Origin: Escherichia coli
GTDB lineage: Bacteria; Pseudomonadota; Gammaproteobacteria; Enterobacterales; Enterobacteriaceae
Length of the DNA: 64,000 nt
Assembly: GCF_009931435.1 (NCBI RefSeq)
Contig: NZ_CP043414.1
Direction: 5' to 3' (one strand)
A program made the position numbers and the translations under genes. Below are positions 23,208 through 40,210 of this stretch, piece after piece. Every line of letters begins with the position of its first letter. The first letter of the stretch is position 1. Under the pieces are notes generated by a model, which saw only the letters and a list, made by a program, of their open reading frames with translations, did no database searches and was not told the origin of the DNA.

Positions 23208-24080
23208 ATGAATATTTCAGTAATAATTTGTTGCTATAACTCAGAAAATAGAATCGTAAACACCCTTTTTCATCTTTCACAATGTGTATCTCTATCCAAG
23301 GGGTTAATTGACGAGATTATTCTTGTTGACAATAACTCATCTGATGAAACTGTTAAAACAGCTGAGGATTTTTGGCGTAATACGGGGGAGGAGCAAATCT
23401 TTAAAATTGTTTTTGAATCGATTCCGGGCCTTGTTCATGCTAGACGGCGAGGGCTGGACGAGTCCAAAAATGAGATTGTTGTTTTTTGTGATGATGATAA
23501 TTGGCTGGTACCATCTTATTTTACAAAACTAGAGAAATATTTTGAAAACAAACAAGTAGGCGCTGTCGGGGGACGCGGTATTCCTATTGCTAATACCGTT
23601 ATTCCTGAGTGGTTTTTTGAGAATCTGGATGCATATGCATGTTCTGCACAAACTTCTAACATGTTGTATGGTGCTAGCTTGGCTATTCGGTCTAGTATCT
23701 TAAAAAAATTTTATACGGATGCTTTATCAGTAAAGCTAAAGGGTAGAACAAAAGACAGTCTGGATTCTGGGGAAGATAACTTATTGTGTAATTTTGTCAA
23801 AAAACAAGGATACACTCTGATACCTGACAATACACCATTTTGCCATTTCATGGAAAGCAAGCGATTGGATGTCGATTATCTATATAAACTGGCTGAATCA
23901 TTTGGAAAAGCAACGGCATCAATGAAAAACAATTCCTTCACCACCGATTATGTATATTTGACAGCAAAAATGTTATTAGCTATATCTAGGATCTTCTCTA
24001 AAAAAAATAAAAAGATATATTTAAAACGTGAGATTTCCTTTCTCAGAGGTTATTTGAGGTTTAGAAAGGAATCGAAGTAA
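23208..24080 (+). CDS. O-antigen glycosyltransferase, GT2 family
   Basis: 290-aa ORF; classic GT2 N-terminus MNISVIICCYNSENRI ... ILVDNNSSDET ... FCDDDN. Confidence 0.75.
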   Translation: MNISVIICCYNSENRIVNTLFHLSQCVSLSKGLIDEIILVDNNSSDETVKTAEDFWRNTGEEQIFKIVFESIPGLVHARRRGLDESKNEIVVFCDDDNWLVPSYFTKLEKYFENKQVGAVGGRGIPIANTVIPEWFFENLDAYACSAQTSNMLYGASLAIRSSILKKFYTDALSVKLKGRTKDSLDSGEDNLLCNFVKKQGYTLIPDNTPFCHFMESKRLDVDYLYKLAESFGKATASMKNNSFTTDYVYLTAKMLLAISRIFSKKNKKIYLKREISFLRGYLRFRKESK

Positions 24081-25258
24081 TGAGAGGGGGAATGCTTGTA
24101 ATTGCGTGGTATTCTATTTTTCTGTTGATTTCAGCTACGGGCATGACCGGTCTAAATAAGCTGAGTACTGAAGCTATTCTGTGCTATATTGCATTTTTAT
24201 TCTGTTTTTTCTTTGGCATGATGTTAGGTGGTGTTTCGCTCCCAAACGGAATGAAAATGTTGCAACAGGAGCAAAAGATAAAGAAAAGGCATGCTTCTGC
24301 CATAGTTCTAATTTATTGCTTTTTTATTTTTTATTCTTTAATTGCTCTTTTAAATATATATTATTTCAATAAGGTTGATCTATCATCTTATAGACAAGCA
24401 TTTTTTGATGGTTCAAGAGATAATGTTAAATACTTCTATGGCGTGTTTGGCTTTTACTTCTATTATTTACTTAGCCTGTTAGTATTCGCCTTAGTTCCTT
24501 ATACTATTATAACGAACAGCAAAAAGACTATTTCATTATGTTTCTTTGCCTTGCTGCTATACGATATTATTTTCCTTTCAAGAACTGGTGTTTATTACTT
24601 TATATTATCTTATATAGTATCGAGTATTCTTCTCAAGAAAGGAATCAAGAAAATTATAATTGTAGGGATGGTTGCCTTATTATTCTCATTGATAATGAGT
24701 TACACAAGGGATATGAAGAGTGACATCATTGGTACATTATTTAGCTCAATTATAAATTATCATATAGCTCCGTTTGTCTTGTTTGATGAAAATATAATAT
24801 CAAATCATTTGATTAAATATAATGGGGCTGGCTTGGCATCGTTGGGGATATATAATATCATTTTTTATCCCATTGATTCGTCTATCATGTCATCAATAAA
24901 CGATTTTAGAGCACAGTTGAATGAATTCTATGATTTGGGAGTAAATCGTTATTTGCCATATAATGCCTATTATACTTCTTTGGGTGGGGTATATATAGAT
25001 AGCGGCCTGATTGGTAGCATGATGGTTAGTTTTATGACTGGTTTTATTATTGTCGGAATCGAGAAGAGTGCTTTTAAATCAACTAAGTTCTTAGTCTCTT
25101 CTGTGTTTTTTACTACATTATGTATGGAATCTATATTTTCCCCAATAACACTAAATATTTTTGCCTTTACAATAATTGTCTACTTAGTTGTTTTGATGGT
25201 CCTTAAATATGAAAATAGCGATGATAATACCATCTTTAAAAAATACCGCGCCAAATAA
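24080..25258 (+). CDS. wzy: putative O-antigen polymerase
   Basis: 392-aa highly hydrophobic, Phe/Ile/Tyr-rich multi-TM ORF inside the O-antigen cluster; assignment by elimination (wzx is the other polytopic protein). Confidence 0.55.
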   Translation: MRGGMLVIAWYSIFLLISATGMTGLNKLSTEAILCYIAFLFCFFFGMMLGGVSLPNGMKMLQQEQKIKKRHASAIVLIYCFFIFYSLIALLNIYYFNKVDLSSYRQAFFDGSRDNVKYFYGVFGFYFYYLLSLLVFALVPYTIITNSKKTISLCFFALLLYDIIFLSRTGVYYFILSYIVSSILLKKGIKKIIIVGMVALLFSLIMSYTRDMKSDIIGTLFSSIINYHIAPFVLFDENIISNHLIKYNGAGLASLGIYNIIFYPIDSSIMSSINDFRAQLNEFYDLGVNRYLPYNAYYTSLGGVYIDSGLIGSMMVSFMTGFIIVGIEKSAFKSTKFLVSSVFFTTLCMESIFSPITLNIFAFTIIVYLVVLMVLKYENSDDNTIFKKYRAK

Positions 25259-26234
25259 TATAGCCCTTTCAATATGTGAAGGGGCAAGGAAGCATGGTGT
25301 CAATATAGATATTTATTATCTTGATGAAATTGTAGAGTTGGATATAGACGAGTCAGAACTGAATATAAATAGGCTAAATGATAGAACCATTTTAAACAGT
25401 TATGATATTGTTCACTCTCATGGCTTAAGACCCGATGTTATTAATTGTAAGACCAGCAAAAATGTCATTAATGTAAGTACGCTTCATAGTTTTATTTTAG
25501 ATGATCTTAAGAATAAATATGGAATAAAAGGATATCTGATCGCTTTTGCTTGGCTTAAATTATTAAAGCGATTTGATTCATGTATTGCAATTAGTGAGGC
25601 GACTAAACGGTTTTATGTTAAACATGGTCTTAAATGCCACCATATATATAATGGAATCGACTTTCCTGACATCGAATTATATCAAGATAACTCAAGGCTA
25701 AATAACGGCAAAATAAATATAGTATCGATCGCGCATCTGGAAAAAATAAAAGGCTTAGAGCAACTCCTATATCTAGCCGCGGAGCGAGAAGAGTTCCATG
25801 TTCATATAATTGGTGAAGGAACTTACCGTGGGAAATTAACAAATATTATTGATAAGTTTGATTTATCTCAGCGTGTAACTTTGCATGGATATATATCAAA
25901 TGCGAGTTCTATGTTGGGGAAATTTGATGTTTATGTGCAACCATCTAAAAGTGAGGGGTTTGGCATTGCAGTCATTGAAGCTCTTGTAAATAAAATCCCA
26001 ACAGTTTGCTCAGACATTGAAGTGTTCAGAGAGTTATTTGGCTCAGGAGAAGTTGAATTTTTCAAGTTAGACGATATTAATTCACTTTACGATGCAATTT
26101 CAAGTGCATTAACCAAGACAGATATGTCTCGAGATGCAAGTGCCACAGCGATAAGCCAAAAATTTTCTTCAGAAGTGATGTCATTGAACTATTTAAGTTG
26201 GTATAAAAAATTATATGAAGAAAGAAATTTATAA
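25209..26234 (+). CDS. O-antigen glycosyltransferase, GT4 family
   Basis: 341-aa ORF; GT4 E-x7-E region (SKSEGFGIAVIEALVNKIPTVCSDIEVFRELF). Confidence 0.75.
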   Translation: MKIAMIIPSLKNTAPNNIALSICEGARKHGVNIDIYYLDEIVELDIDESELNINRLNDRTILNSYDIVHSHGLRPDVINCKTSKNVINVSTLHSFILDDLKNKYGIKGYLIAFAWLKLLKRFDSCIAISEATKRFYVKHGLKCHHIYNGIDFPDIELYQDNSRLNNGKINIVSIAHLEKIKGLEQLLYLAAEREEFHVHIIGEGTYRGKLTNIIDKFDLSQRVTLHGYISNASSMLGKFDVYVQPSKSEGFGIAVIEALVNKIPTVCSDIEVFRELFGSGEVEFFKLDDINSLYDAISSALTKTDMSRDASATAISQKFSSEVMSLNYLSWYKKLYEERNL

Positions 26235-27393
26235 ATATGGCACAATAATATTATGCTATGGAATTAACTTTATACTACCTATTCTTTTCTTTAAAGAAAT
26301 AAGTTTAATATTATCTCCAATAGTATTATCATCATTTTTCTTTGTTTTGGCATTGCTAATGTATTGTCAATTCATTGTTGAATACGGGTTGCAAATATCA
26401 TTATTAAGAAAGTTAAATGAAAATAAGAGTGATTTAAGTCGGCTTTTATCTACTATTCTTGGACTAAAAGTAATACTATTCGTCCTATGCGCAGTATTCA
26501 TTTATTGTATTTTGCTATATAATAATGAAGTTATATTTTTTATACTTGTTTTCATTCTGCTAGGAAACGTATTCTCATGCCAGTTCCTCTATCAAGTAGT
26601 TGATCAGCTCCATTTTTTTTATGTATTAAATTCGCTTGTTAAGCTAATTTTCATACCCCTCATTTTTATCAATGATAATTATATCTATCTGATGATATGT
26701 TATAGTTGTTTCAATATCCTACCTAACTTAGCTGCACTTGCTTATTTTTTATATAAGAATAAAGTTAAGGTTGTAAAAGTTCCTGCTTGTGAAATTTATA
26801 ATTTATCTAAGGAATGTTTTAGCTATTTTATCTCGAATATTTCGATAACATTATACACTAATTTTTATCAGATCTTATTAGGCATTATATCGCCCGCTTA
26901 TCTGGCCGCGTATGCATTAAGTGACAAAATTATTAGGGGGATCGTGTCAGGGAATTATGTGTTTATACAGATAGTACAAGTACAATACTTAAATGATGAA
27001 TCAAAGTTCATCAATGGTACATGGAAAACGATTGTTTCATTATTATTACTGGGGGGGATGGAGTTTTTATTTATTTTCTTTGGAGCGGATTTTTTCTCTC
27101 GTTATTTATTCCCTACAATATCTTTACTGCCAATTTTTCTAAAACTAATGTCATTGCTAATTGTTGTTATCTTGTTGAGTAACTTTTTTGCAATGGTTTA
27201 TCTTCCGTGTTCAGGCAATACTTTATTCCTCTCACGTGTTCTGATTTTTGTTTCTATTGTGTCCGTAGTAGTTGCCCCGATACTAATATGGCTCTATGCA
27301 GGTTATGGTGCAGTCATTTCCGCTATATTTTCAGAGTTATTAGTTCTGATTTTATGCTATGGTTTATATTTGAAATTAAAACACAAACTCTAA
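26215..27393 (+). CDS. wzx: putative O-antigen flippase
   Basis: 392-aa polytopic membrane ORF, about 12 predicted TM segments, AT-rich. Confidence 0.65.
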   Translation: MKKEIYKYGTIILCYGINFILPILFFKEISLILSPIVLSSFFFVLALLMYCQFIVEYGLQISLLRKLNENKSDLSRLLSTILGLKVILFVLCAVFIYCILLYNNEVIFFILVFILLGNVFSCQFLYQVVDQLHFFYVLNSLVKLIFIPLIFINDNYIYLMICYSCFNILPNLAALAYFLYKNKVKVVKVPACEIYNLSKECFSYFISNISITLYTNFYQILLGIISPAYLAAYALSDKIIRGIVSGNYVFIQIVQVQYLNDESKFINGTWKTIVSLLLLGGMEFLFIFFGADFFSRYLFPTISLLPIFLKLMSLLIVVILLSNFFAMVYLPCSGNTLFLSRVLIFVSIVSVVVAPILIWLYAGYGAVISAIFSELLVLILCYGLYLKLKHKL

Positions 27394-27415
27394 CTATTAA
27401 CGTAGAATAATTAAA

Positions 27416-27856
27416 ATGAATTTATTGATTGTTTTTTGCTTTTATATTTCGGTTCTGCGTAGTAATAAAATAAGTGTATTTAAATTAATCACTATCACAA
27501 CTGTCTTGATTGTATATGTATTCTGGCTAATAGCCGACAGTTTTACTGGCGTTGGGATAAATGATTCAGTTTATTTCCATATGTTAATGCCGCATGAGGG
27601 GGCATCGGTTGAAAATTTAACATATTATGGATTTCTGATTGTAAGCCTTGTTATTTCAATTTTCTTGATTGCTTATGTTTCTTGGAAAAAGAAGCATAAT
27701 AGAGGATTAAGTAAAAATTACTCTTTTTACGTACTCTTCGCTATTGTATTAGTTACTCCATTTATGCGTAATTTCCTGGGGTCAATTAACAATTTAATTT
27801 CCGAACAGTTTTCTACTGAAGATATAAGTAAAGAGTATGTAATCAATAGTAGGTGA
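27416..27856 (+). pseudogene. 3'-truncated membrane-protein gene, last gene of the O-antigen cluster, interrupted by IS1
   Basis: 146-codon ORF with N-terminal TM helices; its stop codon TGA (27854-27856) lies inside the IS1 left terminal repeat. Confidence 0.6.
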
Positions 27857-27906
27857 TGCTGCCAACTTACTGATTTAGTGTATGATGGTGTTTTTGAGGT
27901 GCTCCA

Positions 27907-28182
27907 GTGGCTTCTGTTTCTATCAGCTGTCCCTCCTGTTCAGCTACTGACGGGGTGGTGCGTAACGGCAAAAGCACCGCCGGACATCAGCGCTATCTCT
28001 GCTCTCACTGCCGTAAAACATGGCAACTGCAGTTCACTTACACCGCTTCTCAACCCGGTACGCACCAGAAAATCATTGATATGGCCATGAATGGCGTTGG
28101 ATGCCGGGCAACCGCCCGCATTATGGGCGTTGGCCTCAACACGATTTTCCGCCATTTAAAAAACTCAGGCCGCAGTCGGTAA
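27907..28182 (+). CDS. insA: IS1 InsA
   Basis: 91-aa [26 protein letters not shown]..., zinc-finger/HTH InsA. Confidence 0.9.
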   Translation: MASVSISCPSCSATDGVVRNGKSTAGHQRYLCSHCRKTWQLQFTYTASQPGTHQKIIDMAMNGVGCRATARIMGVGLNTIFRHLKNSGRSR

Positions 28183-28604
28183 CCTCGCGCATACAGCCGG
28201 GCAGTGACGTCATCGTCTGCGCGGAAATGGACGAACAGTGGGGCTATGTCGGGGCTAAATCGCGCCAGCGCTGGCTGTTTTACGCGTATGACAGGCTCCG
28301 GAAGACGGTTGTTGCGCACGTATTCGGTGAACGCACTATGGCGACGCTGGGGCGTCTTATGAGCCTGCTGTCACCCTTTGACGTGGTGATATGGATGACG
28401 GATGGCTGGCCGCTGTATGAATCCCGCCTGAAGGGAAAGCTGCACGTAATCAGCAAGCGATATACGCAGCGAATTGAGCGGCATAACCTGAATCTGAGGC
28501 AGCACCTGGCACGGCTGGGACGGAAGTCGCTGTCGTTCTCAAAATCGGTGGAGCTGCATGACAAAGTCATCGGGCATTATCTGAACATAAAACACTATCA
28601 ATAA
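28101..28604 (+). CDS. insB: IS1 InsB (expressed as InsAB' by -1 frameshift)
   Basis: 167-aa ORF overlapping insA in the -1 frame, ending ...HYLNIKHYQ. Confidence 0.9.
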   Translation: MPGNRPHYGRWPQHDFPPFKKLRPQSVTSRIQPGSDVIVCAEMDEQWGYVGAKSRQRWLFYAYDRLRKTVVAHVFGERTMATLGRLMSLLSPFDVVIWMTDGWPLYESRLKGKLHVISKRYTQRIERHNLNLRQHLARLGRKSLSFSKSVELHDKVIGHYLNIKHYQ

Positions 28605-28990
28605 GTTGGAGTCATTACCGGTTACGAGTAGTGGCATCTGGATTTGATGTGTGTAACATTAATGAGTCGTTAATATTAGCTAGAGTTGGTGATAATATGT
28701 TGGCTAGGCGAAAAGGGCTGAGGTATATAAAAAGTGAATTCCAACTTTATCGGCTAAAAGTTAAACTTGGTTTGCAGTCACATATATCTGGATTCTGCAT
28801 TTTGTTAGTAAGAAGCATTCCGCGATTACTCCCTCTAAAGGTCTTAAAAATTATTTACCAATATATTCGGAAGTAATTATATAATAATTCTGAAGATTGC
28901 ACTCTTATTTTTTCTTAGTTGTATCTTTGTATGTTAACATTACGTTTAAACCGAACCGCTAAGACGGTAATTTCGTGACAGGAGTAAACA

Positions 28991-30397
28991 ATGTCAAAGC
29001 AACAGATCGGCGTAGTCGGTATGGCAGTGATGGGGCGCAACCTTGCGCTCAACATCGAAAGCCGTGGTTATACCGTCTCTATTTTCAACCGTTCCCGTGA
29101 AAAGACGGAAGAAGTGATTGCCGAAAATCCAGGCAAGAAACTGGTTCCTTACTATACGGTGAAAGAGTTTGTTGAATCTCTGGAAACGCCTCGTCGCATC
29201 CTGTTAATGGTGAAAGCAGGTGCTGGCACGGATGCTGCTATTGATTCCATCAAGCCGTACCTCGATAAAGGTGACATCATCATTGATGGTGGTAATACAT
29301 TCTTCCAGGACACCATTCGCCGTAACCGTGAGCTTTCTGCCGAAGGCTTTAACTTCATCGGTACCGGTGTTTCCGGTGGTGAAGAGGGCGCGCTGAAAGG
29401 GCCTTCCATCATGCCTGGTGGGCAGAAAGAAGCCTATGAACTGGTTGCGCCGATCCTGACCAAAATCGCAGCCGTTGCTGAAGATGGCGAACCGTGCGTT
29501 ACCTATATTGGTACCGATGGCGCAGGTCACTATGTGAAGATGGTTCACAACGGTATTGAATATGGCGATATGCAGCTGATTGCTGAAGCCTATTCTCTGC
29601 TTAAAGGTGGCCTGAACCTCACTAACGAAGAACTGGCGCAGACCTTTACCGAGTGGAATAACGGTGAACTGAGTAGCTACCTGATCGACATCACCAAAGA
29701 CATCTTCACCAAAAAAGATGAAGACGGTAACTACCTGGTTGATGTGATTCTGGATGAAGCAGCAAACAAAGGTACCGGTAAATGGACCAGCCAGAGCGCG
29801 CTGGATCTCGGCGAACCGCTGTCGCTGATTACCGAGTCTGTGTTTGCACGTTATATCTCTTCTCTGAAAGAGCAGCGTGTTGCCGCATCTAAAGTTCTCT
29901 CTGGCCCGCAAGCGCAGCCAGCTGGCGACAAAGGTGAGTTCATCGAAAAAGTTCGTCGTGCTCTGTATCTGGGCAAAATCGTTTCTTACGCTCAGGGCTT
30001 CTCTCAGCTGCGTGCTGCGTCTGAAGAGTACAACTGGGATCTGAACTACGGCGAAATCGCGAAAATTTTCCGTGCTGGCTGCATCATCCGTGCGCAGTTC
30101 CTGCAGAAAATCACCGATGCTTATGCCGAAAATCCGCAGATCGCTAACCTGCTGCTGGCTCCGTACTTCAAGCAAATTGCCGATGACTACCAGCAGGCGC
30201 TGCGTGATGTCGTTGCTTATGCAGTACAGAACGGTATCCCGGTTCCGACCTTCGCCGCTGCGGTTGCCTATTACGATAGCTACCGTGCCGCTGTTCTGCC
30301 TGCGAACCTGATCCAGGCACAGCGTGACTATTTCGGTGCACATACTTATAAGCGCATTGATAAAGAAGGTGTGTTCCATACTGAATGGCTGGATTAA
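28991..30397 (+). CDS. gnd: 6-phosphogluconate dehydrogenase, decarboxylating
   Basis: 468-aa [30 protein letters not shown]...; recognised as Gnd. Confidence 0.97.
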   Translation: MSKQQIGVVGMAVMGRNLALNIESRGYTVSIFNRSREKTEEVIAENPGKKLVPYYTVKEFVESLETPRRILLMVKAGAGTDAAIDSIKPYLDKGDIIIDGGNTFFQDTIRRNRELSAEGFNFIGTGVSGGEEGALKGPSIMPGGQKEAYELVAPILTKIAAVAEDGEPCVTYIGTDGAGHYVKMVHNGIEYGDMQLIAEAYSLLKGGLNLTNEELAQTFTEWNNGELSSYLIDITKDIFTKKDEDGNYLVDVILDEAANKGTGKWTSQSALDLGEPLSLITESVFARYISSLKEQRVAASKVLSGPQAQPAGDKGEFIEKVRRALYLGKIVSYAQGFSQLRAASEEYNWDLNYGEIAKIFRAGCIIRAQFLQKITDAYAENPQIANLLLAPYFKQIADDYQQALRDVVAYAVQNGIPVPTFAAAVAYYDSYRAAVLPANLIQAQRDYFGAHTYKRIDKEGVFHTEWLD

Positions 30398-30423
30398 TCT
30401 GATTTAACCAACAATAAAATTGA

Positions 30424-30455
30424 GGCCCGGCGTATATTGCACCGGGCTTTTTTTT
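30424..30455 (+). terminator. rho-independent terminator downstream of gnd
   Basis: Hairpin gcccggcg-tatattg-caccgggc followed by an 8-T run. Confidence 0.6.
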
Positions 30456-30485
30456 GCCAATTATCTTATAGACTAAATTTCACTG

Positions 30486-30502
30486 CTTAATATTAACTTA
30501 AT
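30486..30502 (+). promoter_or_regulatory. candidate PmrA (BasR) box upstream of ugd
   Basis: cttaat-attaa-cttaat, matching the YTTAAK-N5-YTTAAK direct repeat, about 145 bp upstream of the ugd start. Confidence 0.5.
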
Positions 30503-30636
30503 AAATATCAGCTATTCTTATAAAGAAAATCTGAATTGTTTTTCGTTGCGTTGACCATCTGACAACGTAGCGTTAAAACTTTTAGCTCTAATCAGGATGC
30601 TAAAAACATCATGATTCACAGTTAAGTTAATTCTGA

Positions 30637-31812
<1,176 letters not shown>

Positions 31813-31955
31813 CATCCTGTTATCAGGGCGATTTTCGCCCTGATTCTCTCATGTTCCCTTTGTAATAATTCATTGTTTTTATCATTTATCCTATAGCATT
31901 CATGGCGATTATCGCTAAACTATGGCGACTTAAAATTATTTCGTCCGTTAGGGTA

Positions 31956-32936
31956 ATGATGAGAGTAGAAAATAATAATGTTTCTGGGCAAAACCATGAC
32001 CCGGAACAGATTGATTTGATTGATTTACTGGTGCAGTTGTGGCGTGGCAAGATGACAATTATCATCTCTGTCATTGTTGCTATTGCCCTGGCTATAGGGT
32101 ATCTGGCCGTTGCCAAAGAAAAGTGGACTTCCACAGCTATCGTTACTCAACCTGATGTGGGACAAATCGCTGGTTATAACAATGCCATAAATGTGATTTA
32201 TGGTTCGGCAGCGCCGAAAGTGTCTGAGATCCAGTCGATGTTAATTGGTCGTTTCAGCACGACATTTTCTGCATTAGCAGAAACGCTGGATAATCAGGAA
32301 GAACCTGAAAAACTGACCATTGAGCCTACCGTTAAAAATCAGTCATTACCTTTAGCGGTTTCTTATGTGGGTGAAACACCTGAAGGTGCGCAGAAACAGC
32401 TGGCGCAGTATATCCAGCAAGTTGACGACCAGGTAAATGAAGAACTGGAACAAGACCTGAAAGACAACATCGCGCTGCGTATGAAAAACTTGCAGGATTC
32501 TCTGAAGACGCAGGAAGTGGTCGCTCAAGAACAGAAAGATCTGCGTATCCGTCAGATTCAGGAAGCGTTGCAGTATGCGAATCAGGCGCAGGTGACAAAG
32601 CCGCAGATTCAACAGACACAGGACGTAACCCAGGATACTATGTTCCTTTTGGGGAGCGAAGCGCTGGAGTCGATGATTAAGCACGAAGCGACCCGTCCGT
32701 TGGTGTTCTCATCAAACTACTATCAGACTCGTCAAAACCTGCTGGATATCGACAATCTTGACGTTGATAAACTTGATATTCATGCTTACCGCTATGTAAT
32801 GAAACCGACGTTACCTATTCGTCGCGATAGCCCGAAGAAAGCAATTACCTTGATTCTGGCTGTGCTGCTGGGCGGTATGGTGGGCGCGGGGATTGTGTTG
32901 GGGCGTAACGCACTGCGTAATTACAACGCGAAGTAA
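31956..32936 (+). CDS. wzzB: O-antigen chain-length determinant (polysaccharide co-polymerase)
   Basis: ORF 31902..32936; likely start at the MMRVENNN methionines (31956/31959); N- and C-terminal TM segments flanking a coiled-coil-rich periplasmic domain. Confidence 0.9.
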   Translation: MMRVENNNVSGQNHDPEQIDLIDLLVQLWRGKMTIIISVIVAIALAIGYLAVAKEKWTSTAIVTQPDVGQIAGYNNAINVIYGSAAPKVSEIQSMLIGRFSTTFSALAETLDNQEEPEKLTIEPTVKNQSLPLAVSYVGETPEGAQKQLAQYIQQVDDQVNEELEQDLKDNIALRMKNLQDSLKTQEVVAQEQKDLRIRQIQEALQYANQAQVTKPQIQQTQDVTQDTMFLLGSEALESMIKHEATRPLVFSSNYYQTRQNLLDIDNLDVDKLDIHAYRYVMKPTLPIRRDSPKKAITLILAVLLGGMVGAGIVLGRNALRNYNAK

Positions 32937-32954
32937 TCTTTTTGGTTTTAAAGA

Positions 32955-32990
32955 AAACGGGCAGGGTGGTGACACCTTGCCCGTTTTTTT
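32955..32990 (+). terminator. rho-independent terminator after wzz, followed by a REP-like hairpin shared with the convergent hisI 3' end
   Basis: cgggcagggtg-gtga-caccttgcccg followed by T7; then gccggatgcgacaacaacatcgcatccgc (32991-33020). Confidence 0.6.
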
Positions 32991-33031
32991 GCCGGATGCG
33001 ACAACAACATCGCATCCGCTTACCCCGCCAC

Positions 33032-33636
33032 TCACTGATGCCGTTTACGCAGGTTCTCAATTACCGTCGTTAAATCCAGATCCTGATCCTGCAACAACAC
33101 CAGCAGGTGATACATCAAGTCAGATGCCTCGTTGGTCAGCTCAAAGCGGTCATGTACCGTTGCTGCCAGTGCGGTTTCCACGCCTTCTTCGCCCACTTTC
33201 TGCGCAATGCGTTTGGTGCCGCTGGCATACAGTTTGGCGGTGTAGGAGGTTTCCGGGTCGGCAGATTTACGTTCGGCGAGCAGTTGTTCCAGTTGATGCA
33301 GGAACAGCCACTGGTGAGCGGTGTCGCCGAAGCAGCTGCTGGTGCCTTTGTGGCAGGTTGGCCCGATGGGATTCGCCAGCACCAGTAATGTGTCGTTGTC
33401 GCAGTCCGGCGCAATGCTCACCACATTGAGAAAATTGCCCGAGGTTTCGCCTTTGGTCCACAGTCGCTGTTTAGTGCGCGAGAAGAAGGTGACTTTACCG
33501 CTTTCGATGGTTTTGTCCAGAGCTTCCGGGTTCATGTAGCCCAGCATTAACACTTCGCCAGATACCGCGTGTTGCACAATCACCGGCATCAGTCCGTCGG
33601 TTTTTTCCCAGTCCAGTTCGCGACGTTGTTGTTCTG

Positions 33637-33643
<7 letters not shown>
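33032..33643 (-). CDS. hisI: bifunctional phosphoribosyl-AMP cyclohydrolase / phosphoribosyl-ATP pyrophosphatase
   Basis: 203-aa ORF; last gene of the his operon. Confidence 0.95.
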
Positions 33644-39160
<5,517 letters not shown>

Positions 39161-39165
39161 AGCGA

Positions 39166-40065
39166 TCACTCCATCATCTTCTCAATCGGCAGGACCAGGA
39201 TTGAACTGGCACCCAGCGCTTTCAGTTTTTCCATCGTTTCCCAGAACAGGGTTTCGCTACTCACCATGTGCATCGCTACGCGCTGTTGATCACCCGCCAG
39301 CGGTAGAATAGTTGGGCGTTCGGCACCTGGCAGCAGGGCGATGACTTCATCCAGGCGTTCGGTCGGTGCGTGCATCATGATGTATTTTGATTCGCGCGCC
39401 TGGATAACACCCTGAATACGGGTCAGCAGTTTGTCGATCAGTTGCTGTTTGGATTCTTCCATTTCGCCATCGCGCTGGATCAGGCAGGCTTTCGAGCGGT
39501 AGATAACTTCGACTTCGCGCAGGCCGTTAGCTTCCAGCGTGGCACCGGTGGAAACCAGATCGCAAATCGCATCCGCCAGTCCGGCACGCGGCGCAACTTC
39601 GACAGAGCCGTTCAGTAAGCAGGATTTAAAAGAGATACCTTTCTGGTCGAGATAACGCTTGAGCAGGTGAGGATAAGAGGTGGCGATACGTTTACCATTT
39701 AAGGAGAGCGGACCGTCCCAGGCTTCATCAACCGGCGTTGCCAGCGAAAGGCGGCAGCCGCCGAAATCCAGACGACGCAAGGTAAAGTAGCGCGGATCTT
39801 CACCCTGGGCGCGGCGGTTAAGCAGCTCTTCTTCCAGCACGTTTTCGCCGATAATCCCAAGGTCTACCACGCCGTCCATTACCAGACCGGGAATGTCATC
39901 GTCACGCACGCGCAGAATATCAATCGGCATGTTTTCTGCCATCGCGATCAGGCGCTGGGTGTGAAGATTGATTTTAATGCCACAGCGCGCCAGTAATTCG
40001 CGTGAGTCATCACTTAAACGGCCGGATTTCTGCATAGCTATGCGTAAACGAGTGTTGTCTGTCAT
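39166..40065 (-). CDS. hisG: ATP phosphoribosyltransferase
   Basis: ORF 39166..40104; start [18 protein letters not shown] at 40065 gives 299 aa. Confidence 0.95.
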
Positions 40066-40110
40066 TTTCTTATTCCTCTTTAAACCTGTCTGAACCGTTA
40101 TCAACCGCGC

Positions 40111-40147
40111 AATAAAAAAGCCCCCGGAAGGTGATCTTCCGGGGGCT
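40111..40147 (-). terminator. his attenuator terminator
   Basis: Minus-strand hairpin gcccccggaag-atcac-cttccgggggc followed by a T-run, between hisL and hisG. Confidence 0.85.
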
Positions 40148-40210
40148 TTCTCATGCGTTCATGCACCACTGGAAGATCTGAATGTCTTCCAGCACACATC
40201 GCCTGAAAGA

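Larger units (their letters stand above)
27852..28619 (+). mobile_element. IS1 insertion sequence (768 bp)
   Basis: Left end ggtgatgctgccaacttactgat and right end ...atcaataagttggagtcattacc; contains insA and insB; flanking 9-mers differ (tcaatagta vs ggttacgag). Confidence 0.95.

Noticed and set aside
28631-28876. 81-codon ORF between IS1 and gnd as an independent gene
   Set aside because: No recognisable motif, AT-rich, probable non-ATG start; more likely a remnant of sequence deleted at the IS1 junction (kept as part of the IS1 finding)
29204-30379. 391-codon ORF antisense to gnd
   Set aside because: The sense strand encodes a full-length, recognisable 6-phosphogluconate dehydrogenase; a long antisense ORF in a conserved gene is most likely a frame artefact
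31902-31955. N-terminal extension of wzz from the ORF-track start
   Set aside because: The conserved Wzz N-terminus begins at the MMRVENNN methionines (31956/31959); the upstream codons lack a ribosome-binding context
32893-33429. 178-codon plus-strand ORF overlapping hisI
   Set aside because: Antisense to conserved hisI; Pro/Arg/Cys-rich, typical of a GC-rich antisense frame
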